This document shows positions 9,157-16,312 of a stretch of 64,000 nt of DNA, in pieces. This DNA is from a virus, in the IMG/VR virus record IMGVR_UViG_3300027742_000011; one strand, given 5' to 3'. The stretch's first letter is position 1; the number at the start of each line of letters is the position of its first letter. Position numbers and translations under genes: made by a program. The notes beneath the pieces were generated by a model. It had not been told where the DNA came from. It was given only the letters and a program-made list of their open reading frames with translations, and did not search any database.

Positions 9157-9707
9157 TTAAAGTCCTTGATCTTGTGTTTAAATTCATCATTAGTTCTTTT
9201 ACCCATCGGTGTATTATCCGTTGTTGATGGTTCACCGATTAGATTTTGGGCAGTTTCTTCCACGTCATACAATTTCATTCGTGATCGATCAATACCGATT
9301 GTAAAACGTCGGTTAGTTGTTGTATCACAGTATCGATTTTTCAGCTGTTTTACCATAACCTGATTTACACTTTCAAGTTCTTCTGACGATATAAGTGCTA
9401 ACATTAAATCAGCGGTTGCTGGAAGACCAAAACTGTTCTTGGTCAATACACCATTACAATAGAATAGATTATCACCTGAAGTAGAAATATCCACAGTTTC
9501 CATTTCTCCCATCGGTTCAATCGCCATAATACGTTCATTGTAATCAATTTCAGAATCAGACAACTTTTGTTTATCAAGCTTTTCAGTTTCAAGCTTATAC
9601 AACAAGTCAGTTAGAACATCGACAGGCATATCTCCAACCGGGTATTCATTTAGCACTAACCATTCTGCTTTCGCGAGACATTGCAAATATAGATTATCAG
9701 TTGGCAT
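9153..9707 (-). CDS. gp41: gp41 replicative helicase fragment 3: C-intein 2 plus C-terminal extein
   Basis: ...TVDISTSGDNLFYCNGVLTKN|SFGLPATADLM; likely start MPTDN at 9707 with GGAG 7 nt upstream. Confidence 0.9.
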   Translation of the reverse strand: MPTDNLYLQCLAKAEWLVLNEYPVGDMPVDVLTDLLYKLETEKLDKQKLSDSEIDYNERIMAIEPMGEMETVDISTSGDNLFYCNGVLTKNSFGLPATADLMLALISSEELESVNQVMVKQLKNRYCDTTTNRRFTIGIDRSRMKLYDVEETAQNLIGEPSTTDNTPMGKRTNDEFKHKIKDFK

Positions 9708-9981
9708 TAGTTTTCTCCACATTTAAATAATCGCCAACACTTAGCATTCCACTTTCAATAGAAATTCTACCACGCTTAGTTGGAAACACATGTTCAGCCG
9801 AAACGATAATAGTTTTGCCTGACTCGAGCTTAATCTCATAACACTGTTTGAGCTTGGAATGATGCACCATGTGGACAGTCTTATAGCGATCATTAGATGT
9901 TATCTGGTCGCCGACTTTTACATCTTTAATTTTCTTCTTACTACCATCAATTAGAGTCACTTCTTCCTCGGCATAGATACA
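9435..9981 (-). mobile_element. Split intein 2 in gp41 (N-half 9700-9981, 94 aa; C-half ends at 9435)
   Basis: DTSE|CIYAEEEV...SAEHVFPT (blocks A and B); LTKN|S (block G); resembles gp41-1-type split inteins. Confidence 0.9.
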
Positions 9982-10929
9982 CTCTGAGGTGTCAGTCAAC
10001 TCAACATCAGAGTTGTTAAATCCAGAACGCGTAACTTGGGTAGCTGAAAAAATGGGAACATCATATTCAACAGCTAGACCACGAATTTCTTCAGCAATAG
10101 ATTTAATGTATGTGTATGAGTTTACATTTGAACCAGTTTTAACACGAGACGATGCACAGATGTTGATATAATCAATATAGATCATATCTGGCACGAAACG
10201 CTTTTTGATCTTCAACTCATTCAAAAGGTGACGGAAGTGACCAGCATGAGCAGAAGATGTTGGATATTCTTTAACAATCAGTTTACCAAGAGTTCTGGAT
10301 TTTACTTTCTCGATTTGCTTAGTGTAATAATCCTTTGGAGCATTTTCCAAATCTTGAATCTTGATGTTGAGTAGATTTGCATCGATACGTTCTGCAATCT
10401 TTTCTTCAGCCATTTCCATAGTGATATAAAGGACATTTTTATTATCCATCAAGTTGGCTGCAGCGAAGTGACACATTGCCAAACTTTTGCCAACACCTGT
10501 ATTGTGAGATTCAATTCCAGCAGTATAATACCTATGATTGTCATGATTAACCTGAATATCTACAATTGGAATTTTTTGACCAGTCAAATTTACAGATACA
10601 TTTGAAACGCCATCCTTAGTCATGATTTTAGGTAAAGAGTTTTCTGAAACCGTATGACCACCCATCCGATTTTGCTTAAAGTGCATGCATTTTATTTCCA
10701 AATCACCTGCGGATATCCATTCACCTAAAGGAGTTTTGAATAAGTGATCAGAATTACATCTGACAGTATAACCGTTTTCAGTTTCTACAAAATATTCTTC
10801 GTGCTCACCCTTATCTACAAAGGTATTAACACCTACCCAACCATCGGGCGAATCTACTTCAATTTCATATCCGTCTTTTAACAACTGATCAATATCACCA
10901 ATTGGCATTTCTTTTTCAACCCAATTCAT
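9697..10929 (-). CDS. gp41: gp41 fragment 2: C-intein 1, helicase core, N-intein 2
   Basis: ...YYTAGIESHN|TGVGKSLAMC (Walker A), YITMEM, IYIDYINI, ATQVTRSG, DTSE|CIYA. Confidence 0.92.
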   Translation of the reverse strand: MNWVEKEMPIGDIDQLLKDGYEIEVDSPDGWVGVNTFVDKGEHEEYFVETENGYTVRCNSDHLFKTPLGEWISAGDLEIKCMHFKQNRMGGHTVSENSLPKIMTKDGVSNVSVNLTGQKIPIVDIQVNHDNHRYYTAGIESHNTGVGKSLAMCHFAAANLMDNKNVLYITMEMAEEKIAERIDANLLNIKIQDLENAPKDYYTKQIEKVKSRTLGKLIVKEYPTSSAHAGHFRHLLNELKIKKRFVPDMIYIDYINICASSRVKTGSNVNSYTYIKSIAEEIRGLAVEYDVPIFSATQVTRSGFNNSDVELTDTSECIYAEEEVTLIDGSKKKIKDVKVGDQITSNDRYKTVHMVHHSKLKQCYEIKLESGKTIIVSAEHVFPTKRGRISIESGMLSVGDYLNVEKTNAN

Positions 10930-10977
10930 AAAAACCTCAATTTAATAAATAATTCTAACAGGAACAGGAGTCTATAC

Positions 10978-11625
10978 ATGAATATTTATAAGAAAATATA
11001 CGATAAACTGTGCAAAAATGGAAAAAACTTAAAAGAGCATTATGCTCCTAAATCTAATATACATAAACACCACATCAGACCAAAGCATGCTGGCGGATTA
11101 GATAAAAATTCTAATTTTACCTATCTGACAGTAAGAGAGCACATCATAGCACATTTTCTACTTTGGAAAATATACCAAAGCCCAAACGATTTAAGAGCTA
11201 TGAAAATGTTAGGTGCAGAGCTTACACCTAAACAAAGATCAATTGTTGGTAAATATTGTCATGAAAATGGAATAGGATTTCATTCTAAAAAATATCAAAA
11301 CAATAAACAGTGGCATTTAGATAGAGCTAAAAAATCAAGTGAAACCCAAAGGAAAAATAAGATTGGAGCTTTTTTTGATCCTGAGCTTAAAAAGGAAATA
11401 GCTTCTAAAGGTGGTAAAGAAGGCGTAAAAACCCAAAGGAAAAATAAGATTGGAGCTTTTTTTGATCCTGAGCTTAAAAAGGAAATAGCTTCTAAAGGTG
11501 GACAGGCGCTTAAAGGTTTAATATGCGTAACCAATGGAAAGCACAGGACAAGAATTAAACCAGAGCTCCTAAACAAATATATCTCGGAAGGATATAAAAA
11601 AGGTTTTACACTTTACGATATCTGA
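10978..11625 (+). CDS. Free-standing HNH homing endonuclease, antisense, inside the fractured gp41
   Basis: HKHHIRPKHAGG...LTVREHIIAHFLLW; AGGAG SD; AATAAATA upstream. Confidence 0.85.
   Translation: MNIYKKIYDKLCKNGKNLKEHYAPKSNIHKHHIRPKHAGGLDKNSNFTYLTVREHIIAHFLLWKIYQSPNDLRAMKMLGAELTPKQRSIVGKYCHENGIGFHSKKYQNNKQWHLDRAKKSSETQRKNKIGAFFDPELKKEIASKGGKEGVKTQRKNKIGAFFDPELKKEIASKGGQALKGLICVTNGKHRTRIKPELLNKYISEGYKKGFTLYDI
11342..11501 (+). repeat. 73-bp perfect direct repeat (11342-11414 and 11429-11501) in the HNH gene
   Basis: Offset 87 nt; encodes QRKNKIGAFFDPELKKEIASKGG twice. Confidence 0.9.
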
Positions 11626-12226
11626 CTTTTACCTTCGTTTCCGGGTGCACGCACCCTGCGAGGATGATTGTTAGAGTTTTACGTGATATGCCGCCTTTAG
11701 TGATATCATTCAGTTTAGCGATATCGAAAGGTACTTTGACTTCATCAAGGTGGTAATAATCGAAACGCCTATCAGCATCTTCGAGAAAGTCGTGACCAAT
11801 ATTCGTGTCAAATGATACTGCAAGGGCATCACTTAACATCTGTGGGATTGCGCCCTTCGATAAGTCTTTCTCCTCATCCATGACTTTAATCGATTCCATA
11901 ATAGCGTTATGGAGAGCTTTATCTTGACAAAACTTTTCAGTAGAGTCTGACAACCATTGGATTTGCTGTTCGCACTTTTCGAGTCCATCTAACGTTTCAG
12001 TGCATTCTTTAAACACCGCTTCTTCAATAGGAATTTTCTCGAGATCGAGATACAGTGCTTCTTTTGTTGGTGATGCGCTATACTTAGCTATATATCGTTC
12101 GATTAATTTATAAACGACTTTGTCTGCATTCCTGTGAAAATACTCAGGCTTTAAGAATGCAATCGTCTTACGGACGAATTCATCATTATATAATAGATTT
12201 GATAATATAATCTTCTCAATATTCAT
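11606..12226 (-). CDS. gp41: gp41 fragment 1: N-terminal domain plus 15-aa N-intein
   Basis: MNIEKIILSNL...SFDTNIGHDF...LNDITKGG...ILAG|CVHPET. Confidence 0.92.
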   Translation of the reverse strand: MNIEKIILSNLLYNDEFVRKTIAFLKPEYFHRNADKVVYKLIERYIAKYSASPTKEALYLDLEKIPIEEAVFKECTETLDGLEKCEQQIQWLSDSTEKFCQDKALHNAIMESIKVMDEEKDLSKGAIPQMLSDALAVSFDTNIGHDFLEDADRRFDYYHLDEVKVPFDIAKLNDITKGGISRKTLTIILAGCVHPETKVKVRYRKV

Positions 12227-12282
12227 TCAATCTCCACTTACTAATGTTGAGAGCAGCTTTATTTTGATACTGCTCTCGATTT

Positions 12283-12399
12283 CTACATATCTACAAATTT
12301 TCGCCAATGCGCTTTTTCTTCTGGAGTTTTTGCAGCATGCATCTTTTGACTATTTACCTGTATACCTCTATGTATACGAACTAAACCGAAATGTGACAT
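12283..12399 (-). CDS. Small hypothetical protein (38 aa)
   Basis: MSHFGLVRIHRG...RKFVDM*; AGGAG SD. Confidence 0.45.
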   Translation of the reverse strand: MSHFGLVRIHRGIQVNSQKMHAAKTPEEKAHWRKFVDM

Positions 12400-12441
12400 A
12401 TTATTCGTCTCCTATATTTGTTTATTTGCAGTGGGATGTCG

Positions 12442-12690
12442 TTATTCTTTAACATACTCGAGAACTTCGACTTTTCGTGTAAATTCTATGGAAACTTTCA
12501 CGATCCTATACCTCTCATCTATTCGCGTTAAATGTCTAAAAAAAGATGTGGCCGTCAATCGGTCTTCAATAATAAAAGCTTCATCAGCTGGCACCCATTC
12601 TGGAGAAATATATTTCTGCTGATATCTATCAGTAAAACCTTTTCTCTTTAGAAAACAATTAGTTTGAGTATCTATTAGGGCGTAATACAT
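12442..12690 (-). CDS. Hypothetical protein
   Basis: 82-aa ORF coupled to the uvsX stop. Confidence 0.6.
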   Translation of the reverse strand: MYYALIDTQTNCFLKRKGFTDRYQQKYISPEWVPADEAFIIEDRLTATSFFRHLTRIDERYRIVKVSIEFTRKVEVLEYVKE

Positions 12691-13757
12691 TATTCGTCTT
12701 CTATATTTTCAAATACTTCCGCGACTTCATCTTCTTCAACAAGTTTACCATGCGATACTTGATATGTTTTCTTCACAAAATCTTGAAACTTTTCACATGC
12801 TATAATTGGTTCCCAAAATTCGGCGGTATTGGTCTCTTTTAACCTTAAGTTTTTTCCTATAATTTCACCTGTATCCATATTTACTCGCTGGTACCAACCC
12901 ATTTTAGGCTTTATCACATGACCAGCTTCTAAAGCTAAATCTAAAAGACCAGACCATTTAGAAATACCACCAGTAAACTTGACAGTAATAGGAATTTTAG
13001 ATTTTTCTTTAACATATCTAGATTTTTCTACGTTAATAATGAAGTTATAACCAAGAAGTTCTTTTCCGTCTTTATCTTGCTGTCTACCGATAATAAACAC
13101 ATTGTCGGACGAATACATTCCTCCAGACCCGCCGGATACGATGGGCTTACTGAACATTTCCATAGTCATGTAAACATGATTAACTACCAACATTGGAATA
13201 TTTTTTAGATTTAAGTGTGGAGTTACCATTCTAAAGAATGACTTTAATTGTTTAGCTCTAGTCATATCAGCTACAGATTTTCCATCAATTGCATCATCTA
13301 CTTCCTTTTTAGAAGCCATATTACCAATAGAATCTATAGCGATTACGAGCTTATCTCCTCTAACAACGTCTTTTAGTTGCGTCATAACATCAAATTTCAT
13401 TTGTTCAATGTCAGTCAGTGGTGTATGGACCACTCTTTCCATATCTAAACCTACAGCATCAAAATACCCCTTTGGAGTACCAAATTCTGAATCATAAAAC
13501 AAACATACTGCATCTGGATATTTGTCCATGTAGGCTTTTACTGAAATTAAGGTGAAAAGTGTTTTAAAGTGACGAGATGGGCCGGCCCACTGAGTAAGTC
13601 CCGGTGTTAAACCACCATGTAAGTCGCCAGAATACGCGACATTAATAGCAGGAATAGATGTCGTAATCATATCTTTAGCATTAAAGAATTCAGATTCAGA
13701 TAGAACTGCAGTTTCTTTAATTGTTGAATTTTTTTTAATTTTATCCAATAGTGACAT
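12690..13757 (-). CDS. uvsX: RecA-like recombinase UvsX
   Basis: AGPSRHFKT Walker A, YDSEFG, IDSIGN, VSGGSG. Confidence 0.95.
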   Translation of the reverse strand: MSLLDKIKKNSTIKETAVLSESEFFNAKDMITTSIPAINVAYSGDLHGGLTPGLTQWAGPSRHFKTLFTLISVKAYMDKYPDAVCLFYDSEFGTPKGYFDAVGLDMERVVHTPLTDIEQMKFDVMTQLKDVVRGDKLVIAIDSIGNMASKKEVDDAIDGKSVADMTRAKQLKSFFRMVTPHLNLKNIPMLVVNHVYMTMEMFSKPIVSGGSGGMYSSDNVFIIGRQQDKDGKELLGYNFIINVEKSRYVKEKSKIPITVKFTGGISKWSGLLDLALEAGHVIKPKMGWYQRVNMDTGEIIGKNLRLKETNTAEFWEPIIACEKFQDFVKKTYQVSHGKLVEEDEVAEVFENIEDE

Positions 13758-13761
13758 GGTA

Positions 13762-13980
13762 TTATCCTTTTAAAATTGTATTTAGTTTATCAATGAATTC
13801 GTCAATTTTTTCTGCTCGACCAGGCCACTCTATGATTGGCTTCGTTTCGGCATCTTTTCTTAAATTGTTAAGTAATGGCATAACGGCGTCGTAGATTTGT
13901 TGAGCTTTGTCTGTTTTTACAAGTGTCTTCTCGGCCTCGCCAGCAGTGTAAGCGCTAAAGCCAAAATCAAAATCATCCAT
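13762..13980 (-). CDS. Conserved T4-like hypothetical protein
   Basis: MDDFDFGFSA...WPGRAEKI; start refined by AAGGA SD. Confidence 0.7.
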   Translation of the reverse strand: MDDFDFGFSAYTAGEAEKTLVKTDKAQQIYDAVMPLLNNLRKDAETKPIIEWPGRAEKIDEFIDKLNTILKG

Positions 13981-14332
13981 TCCGTGGTTTCCTTTTATGC
14001 GGTGGTTCTTTTTCCCATAAATTTCCACTATTAATTATGTCTTGACGATGTTCATCTAATGTTTTAGGTTTAAATTCTTTTTCCATCTCTTTAAAATACA
14101 GAGGTTTGAGATCAATTAGAAAAGTTCTGAGGCGGTCAGCCAAGTCAATATCATTTTCAGATCCGTCTACATTATCGAGCAGTTCAATCAATCTATTTAC
14201 CGTAAACTCATCTAGAGGTAATTGTTTAGAAATTCTATTATAATAGTATGCTTGCTCCCAAATGTGCATTCGTTGGGCGCTCTGTTCAGCACAAGTTTCA
14301 TAATTTGTATAATATTCATTTAAATTGATCAT
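13973..14332 (-). CDS. Hypothetical protein
   Basis: ATGA-coupled to the gp43 stop. Confidence 0.6.
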   Translation of the reverse strand: MINLNEYYTNYETCAEQSAQRMHIWEQAYYYNRISKQLPLDEFTVNRLIELLDNVDGSENDIDLADRLRTFLIDLKPLYFKEMEKEFKPKTLDEHRQDIINSGNLWEKEPPHKRKPRNG

Positions 14333-15264
14333 GAGAACCAATCCTCCAACGTTGATACCTTTTCAGCATTCCATCCGATAGCTTTCAGTATAGATTGCAG
14401 GGGATCAATAAACGACTTTTCAAACTGTAAATCGTAATCAATGTATCTCTCTATCTCGAACTCAGGCGGCAGATTGTCTGGACATGCTACAACGTTCGAA
14501 AAGTATGGATTTGGCTGTTTAAGTTGAGCATACCGAATTTTATCGCCGCTGCCTATCTGCTCATATTTATCACCAATATCGTGTTCTTTTAGCAATCTAT
14601 TAAATAAAATTGAACCTTTTACATGGATGGGAGTACCGCTTACGAATCCTTCTTTCGAAGCCCATTTATCTATATCCGAGATACCTCGGGGAAATGCGAT
14701 TTGTTCGAAGTCGAACTCTGTAAATTCATCTCTAAATTTCTCAACATATTCTTGAAGATCACTTTCCTCTTTCAACATGATAATTTTCAGGGCATTCTTA
14801 ATTGCATTTCTACAAACCGCAGGAGTAGATGATTTGATCGCTTCGATACCAGACATTTTAAGTTTAGGCTCTGAGTATTCAACTCCTTCTTGGTTGAATA
14901 CGTTGAGAATATATCTCTTCTTCGCAGTCCAAATTCCCTTGTTGGCTATGCATTCTCTCTTCATTTGCATTTTCTGTTGAGATGCCTGCATCATTTCTGC
15001 GAGTTCTTCGTAATAACGATCGATAGCTGGCTCAAGCTTCTTTTCACAGTATTGATCAAGAATTCTAGATATTTCTTGATCGGATTTGCCTTCAGGAATT
15101 ACCTTCTTGACAAGTTCATCTAGAGTAATGTAAACTGAATTATGCACGCATATATCATTAGCAAAAAAGTTATGATTATCTTCAACTTCTATATCATAAA
15201 CATAATCTTCAATCTCACCTAAATCTTCTACTGTATAGTTTAAATCAAATTTTAGTTCTGACAT
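14329..15264 (-). CDS. gp43: gp43 DNA polymerase C-terminal fragment (42-aa C-intein plus extein)
   Basis: VYDIEVEDNHNFFANDICVHN|SVYIT; KKRYILN; MSGIEAIKSSTP. Confidence 0.93.
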   Translation of the reverse strand: MSELKFDLNYTVEDLGEIEDYVYDIEVEDNHNFFANDICVHNSVYITLDELVKKVIPEGKSDQEISRILDQYCEKKLEPAIDRYYEELAEMMQASQQKMQMKRECIANKGIWTAKKRYILNVFNQEGVEYSEPKLKMSGIEAIKSSTPAVCRNAIKNALKIIMLKEESDLQEYVEKFRDEFTEFDFEQIAFPRGISDIDKWASKEGFVSGTPIHVKGSILFNRLLKEHDIGDKYEQIGSGDKIRYAQLKQPNPYFSNVVACPDNLPPEFEIERYIDYDLQFEKSFIDPLQSILKAIGWNAEKVSTLEDWFS

Positions 15265-16312
15265 GTTTTAAAATTCTTTCAATGGTTTTATTAGGATCTT
15301 TTGTATAATCATATTCCCAAATGGTAATGCATTCAATGTTACGCTTTTCTAATATTAGTTTTAATTTATAATCGTCTTCTTCCCATCTCTCTTTAGCCTT
15401 CACTTTAGTCTGACCCCGCCCCCTTAAGCATTCATTCGGATGATATAATTTTGGATTTCCATGATAATGATCTCCATGATATTCTATTGCAAAATTTAGT
15501 TCTGGACAAACGAAATCGTATTTTTTATAAGTGTTGTTATCTAAAATGCCATACTCACCGCCATTTTCCGCATAATAGCATTTCTTGTGTGTAAATGGTT
15601 CTGACCTTATTAGTTTAGAAAATAACCTCTGTGATGCTTTTGAGTATGGCGATTTTGATTTTCTTACATATTCTTCATATTTAATTTTACCATCATCGCC
15701 ATATTTTCTGATGAAATTTTCTAAAGTTAATGCCTTTTTAGAATTAATTTCTAAATATTTGGATTTTCCTAAGTACTCTTCTGTATTTGTATATGCTTGC
15801 TTTTTACAATATTCATCGAATCTTCTTGTACCTTCATATTCGCCGTATTTTGAAACTAAATTCTCTAATGTAACTGCTCTAGATTTATTAAATTCATCAA
15901 ATTTAGTCTTTGTCCATCCGTGTTTTTTATTTTTATACTCAAAGGAATTTGTATATGCTTGCTTTTTACAATATTCATCGAATCTTCTTGTACCTTCATC
16001 TTCGCCGTATTTTGAAACTAAATTCTCTAAAGTTATGGCCTTTAGAGAATTTAGTTTATCATACTTTTGTTTTCCTAATTCTTCACCGTACATTAAAATG
16101 CATTTTTCTAGAGATACAACTGATCCTAAGTGTAAACAAGTCTTAACAATATGATACAAATCATCTATGTTTGGATTTCGGTATTTAATAATATTTTCAA
16201 CCGAAGATTTGTGTATGTTATTTTCTAAATATTCAATCTGGCTGCATGTTAAACTGCATTCAATGTTTACTTCTGAACCGTATTTCTTATATTTTCTTAT
16301 TATTTTCTTCAT
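15245..16312 (-). CDS. Homing endonuclease, Vsr/PD-(D/E)XK-like, between the gp43 halves
   Basis: YDFVCPELNFAIEYHGDHYHG, ITIWEYD; N-terminal TLENxxxKYG repeats. Confidence 0.8.
   Translation of the reverse strand: MKKIIRKYKKYGSEVNIECSLTCSQIEYLENNIHKSSVENIIKYRNPNIDDLYHIVKTCLHLGSVVSLEKCILMYGEELGKQKYDKLNSLKAITLENLVSKYGEDEGTRRFDEYCKKQAYTNSFEYKNKKHGWTKTKFDEFNKSRAVTLENLVSKYGEYEGTRRFDEYCKKQAYTNTEEYLGKSKYLEINSKKALTLENFIRKYGDDGKIKYEEYVRKSKSPYSKASQRLFSKLIRSEPFTHKKCYYAENGGEYGILDNNTYKKYDFVCPELNFAIEYHGDHYHGNPKLYHPNECLRGRGQTKVKAKERWEEDDYKLKLILEKRNIECITIWEYDYTKDPNKTIERILKHVRTKI
15786..16030 (-). repeat. 83-bp direct repeat with 1 mismatch (15786-15868 and 15948-16030)
   Basis: Offset 162 nt; encodes LENLVSKYGExEGTRRFDEYCKKQAYT twice. 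Confidence 0.9.

Larger units (their letters stand above)
10501..11653 (-). mobile_element. Atypically split intein 1 in gp41 (N-half 11609-11653, 15 aa; C-half 10501-10929, 143 aa)
   Basis: ILAG|CVHPETKVKVRYRKV*; the C-half carries CNSDHLF (block B) and ESHN|T (block G). Confidence 0.88.

Noticed and set aside
12249-12277. GAGAGCAG/CTGCTCTC hairpin upstream of gp41
   Set aside because: No U-tract and a long loop; function cannot be assigned, so it is not called a terminator.
11342-16030. Direct repeats as a CRISPR array or DGR template/variable pair
   Set aside because: Only two copies each, in-frame within coding sequence; no spacers, no A-specific mismatch pattern, and no cas or reverse transcriptase gene.
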